Shown: piece by piece, positions 49,549 to 58,955 of the stretch
Layout of the letters: every line of letters starts with the position of its first letter
How positions within the stretch are numbered: position 1 is the stretch's first letter
From: a bacterium
GTDB lineage: Bacteria > Patescibacteriota > Minisyncoccia > Phycocordibacterales > JAKAEA01
Length of the DNA: 64,000 bases
Direction of reading: 5' to 3'
Assembly: GCA_021818465.1 (NCBI GenBank)
Contig: JAKAEA010000001.1
Coordinates: 105,972-169,971, forward strand
Notes under the pieces: model-generated
The model's input: the letters and a program-made list of their open reading frames with translations, nothing else
Databases searched by the model: none
Told to the model about the DNA's origin: nothing
Program-made: the position numbers and the translations under genes

Positions 49549-49908
49549 ATGGCACTCTTTGGCGCAAAAAAGAAAACTGATCAGAAAAAAGCAAAGCAAG
49601 AAGTTGCTGCTGCTCCGATAATTCATCGTGAGAAAAATGCGGCGACTATAATTCGTAGTCCGCGTATCACAGAAAAGGCAAGTATGGTTGCTGAAAAAAA
49701 TGTGTACGTTTTTAATGTTTCTATAGAGGCAACCAAGAAAAATGTTGCGTCTGGTATAGAGGCTCGCTACAATGTTCGTCCGCGCCGTGTCCGACTTGTT
49801 TCCGTACGGGGGAAAAAAGTATTTAGTCGCGGCAAACAGGGTGTGCGTGCTGGTGGAAAGAAGGCTTATGTGTATCTTGCGGCTGGAGAAACCATACAAC
49901 TTACCTAA
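49549..49908 (+). CDS. rplW: 50S ribosomal protein L23
   Basis: PRITEKA, KKAYV.L. Confidence 0.95.
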   Translation: MALFGAKKKTDQKKAKQEVAAAPIIHREKNAATIIRSPRITEKASMVAEKNVYVFNVSIEATKKNVASGIEARYNVRPRRVRLVSVRGKKVFSRGKQGVRAGGKKAYVYLAAGETIQLT

Positions 49909-49914
49909 ATCAAT

Positions 49915-50766
49915 ATGAAAACTTATCGTCCATACACCAGATCACGTCGAAATATGTCCACGGTTTCTTATCGCGCTTCACTGACCGCCGCTGATCCGCA
50001 CAAATCGCTTACGTCTGGTTTTAAGCGATCCTACGGTCGTGCGGGTGGCTTTATTACTACTCGTCACAAGGGTGGTGGCCACAAACGTCTCTGGCGAGCT
50101 GTTGATTTTTCATATACCAAGGTAGATGTTCCTGCTAAAGTTGCTAGCATTGAGTATGATCCTAATCGTAGCGGTTTTATTGCTCTCGTACATTATGCAG
50201 ATGGCGAAAAACGCTACATTCTTGCCCCCAAGTCACTCAAGGTTGGCGATATGTTTCTAGTGTCTGAAAAGGCAGAAATAAAATCCGGCAATCGATTACC
50301 ACTTAAAAATATTCCAGTTGGTACGTTTGTGTACAATATTGAATTAAAGCCACATGGTGGTGCAAAAATTGGTCGCGCGGCGGGGAATTATGCAGAAGTT
50401 GTGGCTCACGACGCTGGATACGCACATCTTAAGATGCCTTCAAGTGAGGTGCGCCGAGTGTTAGATACGTGCTGGGCATCAGTAGGTGAGGTTTCTAATG
50501 AGGAAAATCGTCTTGTACGTATTGGTAAGGCCGGTCGATCTCGTTGGCTCGGTATTCGCCCGACTGTTCGAGGTACAGCGATGAATCCGGTTGATCATCC
50601 GCACGGTGGCGGTGAAGGTCGTCAAGGTCGTGGTCGACGTCGAGCCATTTCTATTTATGGTAAACCAACAGGTAAGGGCCAAAAGTCTCGACGTACTAAA
50701 AAATATTCTAGCGCCCTTATTGTTTCTCGTCGTAAGGTTGGCAAGGTTCGCTCAACAACGGCCTAA
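49915..50766 (+). CDS. rplB: 50S ribosomal protein L2
   Basis: EYDPNRS, MNPVDHPHGGGEG. Confidence 0.98.
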   Translation: MKTYRPYTRSRRNMSTVSYRASLTAADPHKSLTSGFKRSYGRAGGFITTRHKGGGHKRLWRAVDFSYTKVDVPAKVASIEYDPNRSGFIALVHYADGEKRYILAPKSLKVGDMFLVSEKAEIKSGNRLPLKNIPVGTFVYNIELKPHGGAKIGRAAGNYAEVVAHDAGYAHLKMPSSEVRRVLDTCWASVGEVSNEENRLVRIGKAGRSRWLGIRPTVRGTAMNPVDHPHGGGEGRQGRGRRRAISIYGKPTGKGQKSRRTKKYSSALIVSRRKVGKVRSTTA

Positions 50767-50768
50767 AT

Positions 50769-50797
50769 TTGACACTTTCCTCACTTTCCTATAAGAT
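50769..50797 (+). promoter_or_regulatory. Internal promoter before rpsS
   Basis: TTGACA-17-TAAGAT, 12 nt before the ATG. Confidence 0.65.
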
Positions 50798-50809
50798 AGG
50801 CACCTTATT

Positions 50810-51172
50810 ATGGCACGATCGCTCAAAAAAGGTCCGTACGTGGACGAAAAGCTTCTTAAAAAAATTTCTGGCAAAAAACCAGGTTCTTTAGGAGCGATTA
50901 AAACGTGGGCACGAGCAAGTCAAATTCCTCCAGAATTCGTCGGTTTTACTTTCGGCGTTCATAATGGCAGAGACCATGTAGAGGTTTTAGTAACCGAAGA
51001 AATGGTCGGGCATCGTTTAGGAGAGTTTTCATTGACTCGAAAATTTGTGAAGCACGGTGGTAAGATGCAAAAAGAACTTGAACAGAAGGCTAAGGAAGCT
51101 GAAATGGCCGCTGCTGCTGCCGCTAAAGCTGCCGCTGACGCTAAGACAAATACCGCCCCAGCAGCTAAATAA
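50810..51172 (+). CDS. rpsS: 30S ribosomal protein S19 with Ala/Lys-rich tail
   Basis: [20 protein letters not shown]. Confidence 0.97.
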   Translation: MARSLKKGPYVDEKLLKKISGKKPGSLGAIKTWARASQIPPEFVGFTFGVHNGRDHVEVLVTEEMVGHRLGEFSLTRKFVKHGGKMQKELEQKAKEAEMAAAAAAKAAADAKTNTAPAAK

Positions 51173-51178
51173 ACTATC

Positions 51179-51514
51179 ATGTCTACCACTGCCACTCTTT
51201 CAAATTATCGTCAGTCACCACGCAAAGTGCGGTTGGTGGCTAACCTTATACGTGGTAAAAGTGTTGCTGCTGCAAAAGCCGAATTACGTTTTTTACCAAA
51301 ACGCGCTGCTGCCCCGTTCTCTAAATTACTTACTACCGCTTCGATGAGTGCTAAAGCTGCCGATACAACGGCCAATGAAGAATCTCTTTTTATAAGCAGT
51401 GTTCGCGTTGACAAGGGTGTGACACTAAAACGCATCATGCCGCGTGCTCGTGGTTCTGCATCGCGCATTAACAAGCGTTCAAGCCATATTGTTGTAACCC
51501 TTAAAAGCAAATAA
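51179..51514 (+). CDS. rplV: 50S ribosomal protein L22
   Basis: SPRKVRLVA, PRARG, SHI. Confidence 0.97.
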   Translation: MSTTATLSNYRQSPRKVRLVANLIRGKSVAAAKAELRFLPKRAAAPFSKLLTTASMSAKAADTTANEESLFISSVRVDKGVTLKRIMPRARGSASRINKRSSHIVVTLKSK

Positions 51515-51515
51515 C

Positions 51516-52175
51516 ATGTCTCATTCTGTTCACCCATATTCTCATCGTCTTGGTATTTTGCGAGATTGGAAGTCGCGTTGGTTTTCTTCTGATAAAAAGT
51601 TTCGAGAATTCTTGCAGTGCGACGTGCTTGTGCGTGAATATTTGCAGAAACGTTTGCGTGGTATGTATGTGAGCGGCATTGATATTGAACGCAGTGAAAA
51701 AAATATGCGCGTTATTATCCGCACATCACGACCGGGAATGATTATTGGCCGATCTGGTGAAGGTGCCACCAAGCTTCGCACCGATATCTCTGATTTTATT
51801 AAAAAACTCAAGCTCTCGTTTAACCAGGAGCTCAAGGTTGATATTGAAGAGGTGCGATCACCAGAATCAAACGCTGCTATCGTTGGCTACATGATTGCCG
51901 AAGGTTTGGAAAAACGTTTGCCATTTCGACGTGTTTTGAAGCAAATGGTTGATAAGGTGATGGCGAATCGTGATGTTAAAGGAGTGCGCATTGATTTGGG
52001 TGGTCGTTTAGGTGGTGCTGATATGGCTCGTCAAGAGAGTCTCAAAAAAGGTCAAATTCCTTTGCAAACACTGCGTGCTGACATAGACTTTGCTCGGGAA
52101 AAAGCTCATATGCCCTACGGCGATATCGGCATCAAGGTTTGGATTTATAAGGGTGAAGTTTTTGCCAAAAAATAA
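51516..52175 (+). CDS. rpsC: 30S ribosomal protein S3
   Basis: RPGMIIG, GRLGG, PLQTLRADID. Confidence 0.97.
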   Translation: MSHSVHPYSHRLGILRDWKSRWFSSDKKFREFLQCDVLVREYLQKRLRGMYVSGIDIERSEKNMRVIIRTSRPGMIIGRSGEGATKLRTDISDFIKKLKLSFNQELKVDIEEVRSPESNAAIVGYMIAEGLEKRLPFRRVLKQMVDKVMANRDVKGVRIDLGGRLGGADMARQESLKKGQIPLQTLRADIDFAREKAHMPYGDIGIKVWIYKGEVFAKK

Positions 52176-52184
52176 GAAACGACC

Positions 52185-52607
52185 ATGCAATTTTTTCCTA
52201 AAAAAGTCCTTCATCGTAAATGGCACACTATGCGTCGTAATCCGACGCGCGCACGGGTGGAAAACCGTGGAAGCACTTTGGCCTTTGGTTCCTTCGGCCT
52301 TAAGGCGGTAGGTGAATCGCGTGTTCGTTCTAATCAAATTGAAGCGGCTCGAAAGGTGATTGCTCGTTCGCTTGGTAAAACAGGTAAAACATGGGTGCGT
52401 ATTTTTCCTGATATGCCGTATACTCAAAAACCAGCTGAAGTAAAAATGGGTAAAGGTAAAGGCGAGCCGTCTGGTTATCACGTCCAAGTGTGGCCCGGCA
52501 GAATTATATTTGAAATTGATGGTATCGCTGAAATGGCTGCTCGTGAAGCGCTTCGCAAAGCCGGTACAAAACTGCCGTTAAAAACAAAAGTCGTCAGCCG
52601 AGCATAA
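52185..52607 (+). CDS. rplP: 50S ribosomal protein L16
   Basis: QIEAAR, RIFPD, MGKGKG, KLP. Confidence 0.96.
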   Translation: MQFFPKKVLHRKWHTMRRNPTRARVENRGSTLAFGSFGLKAVGESRVRSNQIEAARKVIARSLGKTGKTWVRIFPDMPYTQKPAEVKMGKGKGEPSGYHVQVWPGRIIFEIDGIAEMAAREALRKAGTKLPLKTKVVSRA

Positions 52608-52619
52608 TATTCTGTACGT

Positions 52620-52793
52620 ATGTCTGAATTTTCCAAAAAAACCGAACAAGAATTACAAAAACTTCTGACTGAGAAACGTGCCGCGCTGCAAGAATTTCGT
52701 TTCAATGCTTCCGGTTCAAAGAGTCGTAACGTTAAAGAAGGTCGGAATTTGCGTCGTGATATTGCGCGAATTTTGACAGAACTCAATAAATAA
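52620..52793 (+). CDS. rpmC: 50S ribosomal protein L29
   Basis: Below ORF-track cutoff; MSEFSKKTEQELQKLL..FRF..LRRDIARILTELNK (57 aa) in canonical position. Confidence 0.93.
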   Translation: MSEFSKKTEQELQKLLTEKRAALQEFRFNASGSKSRNVKEGRNLRRDIARILTELNK

Positions 52794-52811
52794 GTGTAGA
52801 ATCGTCACGCT

Positions 52812-53129
52812 ATGAAAACAACCGTTTCAAAAACCACACCAGTAGCAACAGTCGCTCACCACAAGCGTTTCGTGGGAACTGTTGTGTCGAATAAAATGAA
52901 AGACACGGTTGTTGTCGTTGTTGAGCGCTTTGAAAAACATCCCAAATATCAAAAATATCTTCGCCTGCGTAAGCGTTACAAGGTTGATGATAAGGGTAAT
53001 ACCGCCGGAGTTGGTGATCGTGTTGTTATTGAAGAAACTCGTCCGATTTCTCGCTACAAACATTTTAAACTTGTTGAAATTACCACCCGCGGTCAGGACC
53101 AAAACAAGATAGGAGAAATGACAATATAA
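52812..53129 (+). CDS. rpsQ: 30S ribosomal protein S17
   Basis: GTVVSNKMKDT, HPKY, ETRPIS. Confidence 0.97.
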   Translation: MKTTVSKTTPVATVAHHKRFVGTVVSNKMKDTVVVVVERFEKHPKYQKYLRLRKRYKVDDKGNTAGVGDRVVIEETRPISRYKHFKLVEITTRGQDQNKIGEMTI

Positions 53130-53138
53130 TTTACATAT

Positions 53139-53516
53139 ATGATTCAACCTCGTTCAATTGTTACTGTTGCTGATAATACTGGCGCCAAAATAGGGCGAAT
53201 TTTTAAGGTGCTTGGTAGTTCAAAAAAACGCTATGCGGAGATCGGCGAATTAGTAGTGCTCTCTGTTCAAAAAGCCGAGCCGCGCAAATCTGTCAAGAAA
53301 AAAGACGTCTTGAAAGCTGTCGTTGTACGTCAACGTAAGCCGTTTCGCCGGAAGGATGGCTCGTACATTCGTTTTGATGACAATGCGGTCGTCGTTGTTT
53401 CTTTACAAAAGAAAGAGTATGTTCCTGTTGGTAATCGTGTTTTTGGTCCGGTACCGCGCGAACTTACTGAGCACGGCTTTCAGGGAGTTGCTTCATTAGC
53501 CCCTGAAGTCGTTTAG
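53139..53516 (+). CDS. rplN: 50S ribosomal protein L14
   Basis: VADNTGA, FDDNA, SLAPEV. Confidence 0.98.
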   Translation: MIQPRSIVTVADNTGAKIGRIFKVLGSSKKRYAEIGELVVLSVQKAEPRKSVKKKDVLKAVVVRQRKPFRRKDGSYIRFDDNAVVVVSLQKKEYVPVGNRVFGPVPRELTEHGFQGVASLAPEVV

Positions 53517-53528
53517 CATTTTACTATC

Positions 53529-53747
53529 ATGCATATTAAAACAGGAGACACTGTCACTATTATTACAGGAAAAGATAAAGGCCGCAGCGGTAAGGTGGTC
53601 AAGGCTTTTCCTCGTCAAAATAAGGTCGTTGTGGAAGGTATGAACCTTAAAAAACGTCATGAGCGATCACGTCGTGAAGAGGGGAAGGGCCAGGTGGTAG
53701 AGAAACCACACCCCATCGATGCCTCAAATGTCAAAAAGAATTCATAA
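53529..53747 (+). CDS. rplX: 50S ribosomal protein L24 (short)
   Basis: GDTV.IITGKDKG, PIDASNV. Confidence 0.95.
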   Translation: MHIKTGDTVTIITGKDKGRSGKVVKAFPRQNKVVVEGMNLKKRHERSRREEGKGQVVEKPHPIDASNVKKNS

Positions 53748-53752
53748 ATTTT

Positions 53753-54370
53753 ATGGCTACTATATCACCCACTAAAGAAAAAATTATCTCAACCTTTTCC
53801 GAATTGAAGGGTCGTTTTGGTTGGACAAATCCTATGCAAGCGCCCCGTCTCTCTAAAATTGTCGTTTCCGTTGGCGTCGGCTCTCAGAAAGATAAAAAGA
53901 AACTCGAGCTCATTGCTGATCGTTTGGCAAAAATTACCGGACAAAAAGCCGCGTCGCGTGGTGCAAAACAGGCCATTTCAAATTTTAAGACACGTCAAGG
54001 TGATGTTGTTGGATATCAAATAACTCTTCGTGGTAAACGAATGAATGCTTTTCTTGATCGTTTGGTTAATATTGCCCTGCCGCGTACACGCGATTTTCGC
54101 GGTCTTTCACCTAAAAGCATTGACGCTATGGGAAACTATACTCTTGGAATTCGTGAACATACTATTTTTCCCGAAACTGCAGATGAGGATATTCGTGATG
54201 TGTTTAGTTTGGGCATTACGCTTGTTACGACCGGTCACACCGTGCCCGAAGTTCAGGCGTTCCTTGAACATTTAGGATTGCCTTTAAAAAAAGTTGATGT
54301 TGGTCCAGATTTGGAACTTCCTCCATCAGCTGCCGATCGATCTAAGAAATCCAAAAAAGCTAAGAAATAA
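53753..54370 (+). CDS. rplE: 50S ribosomal protein L5
   Basis: ITGQK, TLRG, PRTRDFRG, IFPE. Confidence 0.97.
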   Translation: MATISPTKEKIISTFSELKGRFGWTNPMQAPRLSKIVVSVGVGSQKDKKKLELIADRLAKITGQKAASRGAKQAISNFKTRQGDVVGYQITLRGKRMNAFLDRLVNIALPRTRDFRGLSPKSIDAMGNYTLGIREHTIFPETADEDIRDVFSLGITLVTTGHTVPEVQAFLEHLGLPLKKVDVGPDLELPPSAADRSKKSKKAKK

Positions 54371-54372
54371 AT

Positions 54373-54424
54373 GAGGCGCCCTCACGGGCGCTTTATTGAC
54401 AGAGAAAACACTTCTTGATAGAGT
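54373..54424 (+). promoter_or_regulatory. Hairpin followed by internal promoter before rpsN
   Basis: GAGGCGCCC-TCAC-GGGCGCTTT then TTGACA (54396)-17-TAGAGT with extended TG. Confidence 0.65.
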
Positions 54425-54438
54425 AGCTTGCACTTACT

Positions 54439-54624
54439 ATGGCAAAAACATCAACTGTTGCCCGGTCGAAAAAGAAGCCAAAATTTTCAACTCGGATTGT
54501 CCGACGCTGTTTTCGTTGCGGCCGCAAGCGTGCGTATATGCGCGAATTTGATATGTGCCGCATTTGTTTTCGTGAATTGGCCAATGAGGGCATGATTCCC
54601 GGCGTTAAAAAATCCTCCTGGTAG
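54439..54624 (+). CDS. rpsN: 30S ribosomal protein S14 (zinc type)
   Basis: [15 protein letters not shown]. Confidence 0.97.
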   Translation: MAKTSTVARSKKKPKFSTRIVRRCFRCGRKRAYMREFDMCRICFRELANEGMIPGVKKSSW

Positions 54625-54625
54625 T

Positions 54626-55015
54626 ATGACTGATCCAATCTCTGATTTTATCACGCGTATTCGCAATGCCAGCGCTGTAGGCAAGGATGCTGTTGTTGTT
54701 CCATATTCTCGTATTAAAGAAGAAATGGCTAACCTTTTAGTCAAAGAGGGATATGTAAAAGCTGTTGCCAAAAAAGGCAAAAAGGTAAATAAATCTTTAG
54801 AAATCGCATTGGCCTACGATGAATTTGGCCCACGAGTAAAAGGTATCGAACGTATTTCTAAGCTCTCGAAAAGAATTTATAAGGGCGTTCGTGATATTAA
54901 AACCTTTAAGCAAGGTCATGGTGTTGTTGTTCTCACTACCTCTAAAGGCATCATGACTGACAGTGATGCGCGTAAACAAAAAGTCGGCGGCGAAATTCTT
55001 TTTCAAATTTGGTAA
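54626..55015 (+). CDS. rpsH: 30S ribosomal protein S8
   Basis: DPISDF.TRIRNA, TSKG, GGE. Confidence 0.97.
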   Translation: MTDPISDFITRIRNASAVGKDAVVVPYSRIKEEMANLLVKEGYVKAVAKKGKKVNKSLEIALAYDEFGPRVKGIERISKLSKRIYKGVRDIKTFKQGHGVVVLTTSKGIMTDSDARKQKVGGEILFQIW

Positions 55016-55024
55016 TCTATTTTT

Positions 55025-55561
55025 ATGTCACGAATTGGTAAAAAAATAATTACGCTTCCGGCAAATGTTGAACTTACTGTTGCGGCGGGAAAGGTGGTAG
55101 TTAAGGGTCCCAAGGCAACCTTGGAACGTTTTATTTCGCCAGAGGTCCATATAGATATTTCTGGTAAAGAAGTTAAAGTGAGTCGCCACGATGCTGCTAG
55201 TACTGCGGTCGATGTTATTTCTGGTACGATTGTTTCCCATTTAGAAAATATGATACAGGGCGTGACGCAAGGGTATACTAAAAAATTACTTATTGAAGGC
55301 GTTGGCTATAAAGCTGATGTTAAAGGTCAAGATTTGGCGCTTGGTTTGGGCCTTTCGCATCCAGTCGCGGTGCCTATCCCACCATCTCTCAAGGTAACAT
55401 CAGAAAAAGGAACAATTACCATTACGGGCAGTAATAAAGAAGAGGTCGGTCAATTTGCAGCGAGTATTCGTGCTCTCAAAAAGCCGGAACCGTACAAAGG
55501 TAAAGGTATTCGCTATGAAGACGAAATCATCCGTCGTAAACAAGGTAAAAAGACCGCATAA
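55025..55561 (+). CDS. rplF: 50S ribosomal protein L6
   Basis: MSRIGK, GVGY, PEPYKGKG. Confidence 0.98.
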   Translation: MSRIGKKIITLPANVELTVAAGKVVVKGPKATLERFISPEVHIDISGKEVKVSRHDAASTAVDVISGTIVSHLENMIQGVTQGYTKKLLIEGVGYKADVKGQDLALGLGLSHPVAVPIPPSLKVTSEKGTITITGSNKEEVGQFAASIRALKKPEPYKGKGIRYEDEIIRRKQGKKTA

Positions 55562-55566
55562 TATAT

Positions 55567-55917
55567 ATGAAAGCTACACGCATTAAAACAGAAAAACGCC
55601 TCCGTCGTCATAATCGCATTCGCGCACGAGTGCATGGTACAGCGGCTGCACCACGTCTTTCTGTGTATCGTTCAAATAAATATGTCTACGCTCAACTTAT
55701 TGACGATGAACGTGGCGTGACTCTTGCTGCGAGCTCAACAAAAGCAGCGGAGGGTAAGGGTATGTTGGAGAAGGCAAAAAATGCCGGTCGTACGTTAGCA
55801 AAAGCTGCCACAGGATTAAAGATAAAAAAAGCTGTTTTTGATCGCGGCGGTTTTATTTATACTGGTCGTGTTCGGGCGCTTGCAGAAGGTGCTCGTGAGG
55901 GTGGTTTGGAATTTTAA
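55567..55917 (+). CDS. rplR: 50S ribosomal protein L18
   Basis: PRLSVYRSN, FDRGG, AREGGL. Confidence 0.97.
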   Translation: MKATRIKTEKRLRRHNRIRARVHGTAAAPRLSVYRSNKYVYAQLIDDERGVTLAASSTKAAEGKGMLEKAKNAGRTLAKAATGLKIKKAVFDRGGFIYTGRVRALAEGAREGGLEF

Positions 55918-55931
55918 TTATCATACTATAT

Positions 55932-56603
55932 ATGGCTGAAGAACAGAAAAAAATAACACATGAGAATGTAGAAACCGAAGAGGGGGCAATTCCTGCTGCT
56001 AGTACCGAGCCTTCTCAAGGCGCTATGCCCGCTCAAAATGAACGTCGTAACCAACATCGTGATCGAGCTGCTGGCGCTTCCAATCGTCGTAATCCACGAC
56101 GACAGCGTTCTGAAGGAAAAGCTCGTCCAGAATTTGATCAAAAAATTATCGATATTCGCCGTGTGGCTCGTGTAGTCGCTGGTGGTCGACGTTTTAATTT
56201 TTCCGTTAGTATAGTAATCGGTGATCATAAAGGTTCTGTTGGTGTTGGTCTCGGTAAGGGTGGCGATACTGCTCTTGCTATTGAAAAAGCCCTCCGTAAC
56301 GCAAAGAAAAATCTCATTAAAATTCCAGTTACCAAGACCATGTCTATTTCGTATGAAGTTGCTGCTAAATACGGCGCTTCTCGGGTAACCATTATGCCGA
56401 CACCTGGTCGCGGCGTGGTTGCTGGCAGCTCGGTGCGTAGTGTTATTGAATTAGCCGGTCTTCGTGATGTTGGTGCCAAACTGCGCTCCAGTCCAAAAAA
56501 TCGTCTTAACAACGCTCGCGTGGCCGTGTTGGCTCTTCGTCAACTCACTCCACACCGTCGCGCTCTTTTAGCTGCACGCAAAACTATTGCCCAAACAGTG
56601 TAA
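55932..56603 (+). CDS. rpsE: 30S ribosomal protein S5
   Basis: RV.RVVAGGRRF, VG.G.GK, GVVAG. Confidence 0.97.
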   Translation: MAEEQKKITHENVETEEGAIPAASTEPSQGAMPAQNERRNQHRDRAAGASNRRNPRRQRSEGKARPEFDQKIIDIRRVARVVAGGRRFNFSVSIVIGDHKGSVGVGLGKGGDTALAIEKALRNAKKNLIKIPVTKTMSISYEVAAKYGASRVTIMPTPGRGVVAGSSVRSVIELAGLRDVGAKLRSSPKNRLNNARVAVLALRQLTPHRRALLAARKTIAQTV

Positions 56604-56615
56604 TCGCTTACTATT

Positions 56616-57059
56616 ATGCAAATTCATTCCATCACTAGAATTCATAAGAATAAAAAAAGTGCTCCGATTGGGCGTGGCGGCAAACGTGGTAAGACTTCCG
56701 GCCGCGGTACGAAAGGCCAAAAAGCTCGCGCCGGCCATAAGATTCGTCCCGAATTTCGCGATATCATCAAAAAACTTCCTAAAATGCGAGGGCGCGGTAA
56801 AAATAGTAATCTCAGTATTCAAGATAAACCAGCAATCGTAAATGTTGCTGTTTTGGAAAAGCATTTTGAAAACGGCGAAGTAGTTAGTCGCCAAACGCTG
56901 GTTGCGAAGGGTCTTATTTCTGGACACGGTGGCCGTTTGCCGGAAGTCAAAATTCTCGGCACTGGCACCCTTACTAAAAAACTCACCTTTCAGGGAGTTA
57001 GTTTTTCCAAAAGTGCCCGTCAAAAAAGCATTACTGATGTTGGTGCTAAGAAAAAATAA
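56616..57059 (+). CDS. rplO: 50S ribosomal protein L15
   Basis: GKTSGRGTKGQKAR, VKILG.G. Confidence 0.96.
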   Translation: MQIHSITRIHKNKKSAPIGRGGKRGKTSGRGTKGQKARAGHKIRPEFRDIIKKLPKMRGRGKNSNLSIQDKPAIVNVAVLEKHFENGEVVSRQTLVAKGLISGHGGRLPEVKILGTGTLTKKLTFQGVSFSKSARQKSITDVGAKKK

Positions 57060-58330
57060 TGTCCGCTTTTACTACTAAACTCAAGCATATTTTCAGTGAC
57101 CGAAACTTGCGTAATCGCATTCTCATCACTGTTGGTCTCCTTGGTATTTTTCGAGTGCTCGCTGCGATACCGGTACCTGGTGTTAATCAAGCCGCTCTCA
57201 ATCAGTTTTTTACCAACAATCAATTTTTTGGGCTTCTGAACGTTTTTTCTGGTGGTGGTCTTTCCCATTTTTCTATTGTGATGCTCGGCGTTGGTCCATA
57301 CATCACGGCGGTTATCATTATGCAACTTCTTACTATGATTTCTCCACGGTTGAAATCGATGTACCAAGAAGAAGGTGAGGCGGGTCGTATGAAGTTCACA
57401 CAATATTCGCGCATGCTCACCGTTCCGTTGGCGATGGTGCAATCATTCGGTTTCATTACGTTATTAAGTCAGCAGAGCATCGTTGCGCATTTAACACCGT
57501 TTGCCATGGCGGTGAACGTGGCCATTGTTACCGGCGGCTCAATGCTTTTGGTGTGGATCGGGGAGCGCATTAGCGAATTTGGCGCTGGTAATGGTACATC
57601 ACTTATTATCTTTGCTGGTATTGTTGCTGCGTTACCACAAGCGATTAGTCAAAGTGTTCTTTCGTATAGCGCTGCCCAAATTCCCACGTATGCACTCATT
57701 CTTGTAGGATCTGTTTTGGTGGTATATGCAGTGGTATTTATTACTGAAGCTGAACGCCCAATTCCTGTGACGTACGCCAAACGCGTTCGTGGTAATAAAG
57801 TGTATGGCGGCATTTCCACCTATATCCCACTGCGTCTCAATCAGGCCGGTGTCATTCCTATTATTTTTGCTTTATCAATTTTGCTGTTTCCGCAGGTAGT
57901 ATTTAAATATTTGGCAACTATTCCGTATGCGCTTGTTGCCAACATTTCTAATTGGATAGAAAATGCTTTGCAAAATCAATGGGTGTACGACATCCTATAT
58001 TTTCTTTTAGTGTTTGCTTTTACGTATTTCTACACTGCTGTTACGTTTGATCCGCATCAACTTTCTGAAGATCTTCAGAAAAACGGCGCATTTATTCCCG
58101 GTGTTCGTCCTGGTCAATCAACCGCCGTATACATTTCTAAGATTTTAACGCGACTGACAACCTTTGGCGCTGTTTTTCTTGGTGTCATTGCCGTTTTGCC
58201 GCTTATTGTTCGTTCACTTACCAATCAGGCTTCACTAGCTATTGGCGGCACCGCTCTCCTTATCGTTGTTTCTGTTGTTATTGACACCATTAAGCGCATT
58301 GAAGCTCAAGTAACAATGAAAGAATACTAA
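57059..58330 (+). CDS. secY: Preprotein translocase SecY
   Basis: LGVGPYITA, GNGTS, AGVIP, IPGVRPG, GGT. Confidence 0.98.
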   Translation: MSAFTTKLKHIFSDRNLRNRILITVGLLGIFRVLAAIPVPGVNQAALNQFFTNNQFFGLLNVFSGGGLSHFSIVMLGVGPYITAVIIMQLLTMISPRLKSMYQEEGEAGRMKFTQYSRMLTVPLAMVQSFGFITLLSQQSIVAHLTPFAMAVNVAIVTGGSMLLVWIGERISEFGAGNGTSLIIFAGIVAALPQAISQSVLSYSAAQIPTYALILVGSVLVVYAVVFITEAERPIPVTYAKRVRGNKVYGGISTYIPLRLNQAGVIPIIFALSILLFPQVVFKYLATIPYALVANISNWIENALQNQWVYDILYFLLVFAFTYFYTAVTFDPHQLSEDLQKNGAFIPGVRPGQSTAVYISKILTRLTTFGAVFLGVIAVLPLIVRSLTNQASLAIGGTALLIVVSVVIDTIKRIEAQVTMKEY

Positions 58331-58355
58331 TTTTGGTCTGTGGTACAATCAATCC

Positions 58356-58955
58356 ATGACGCCGCAAACCTTTGTATTTTTCGGTCGTTCTGGTTCAGGA
58401 AAAGGCACGCAAGCCGATCTTCTCATTAAGTGGTTGAAGGCTAACGATGCATCACGACAGACGCTCTATATTCAGACCGGCCAAAAAGGTCGTGATTTTG
58501 CTAAGCAAGATAATTTCTCAGCGCGGCGCATCAAGGATTTTATTGATAATGGAAAATTATTTCCCGCATTCATCCCCATTTATTTTTGGACACAAGTGTT
58601 GGTTGAAAGTATTCAGGAGGGAACGGAACATATTATTTTAGATGGCCTTTGTCGGCGACCGGAGGAAGCCCCTATTCTTGATGGTGCTCTGCAATTTTAC
58701 AAACGTGTACAACCGATAATCGTCGTGATTAATGTTTCCGAAGAGTGGGCGACACGACGACTTTTAGATCGTCAGCGTTCCGATGATATTCCCAAGGATA
58801 TAAAAAATCGCCTGGACTGGTATGAAAAGGAAGTGGTGCCGGCCATAGATCATTTTCGCGCTCATCCTGAGTATTATAAAGTTCTCGATATACATGGTGA
58901 ACAAAGTGTCGCTGCGGTACACCAAGAGCTTCTTCAAAAATCTGGTTTTCTATGA
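58356..58955 (+). CDS. adk: Adenylate kinase (short, no LID)
   Basis: GRSGSGKGTQ, ILDG.CR, R.DD, position after secY. Confidence 0.85.
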   Translation: MTPQTFVFFGRSGSGKGTQADLLIKWLKANDASRQTLYIQTGQKGRDFAKQDNFSARRIKDFIDNGKLFPAFIPIYFWTQVLVESIQEGTEHIILDGLCRRPEEAPILDGALQFYKRVQPIIVVINVSEEWATRRLLDRQRSDDIPKDIKNRLDWYEKEVVPAIDHFRAHPEYYKVLDIHGEQSVAAVHQELLQKSGFL

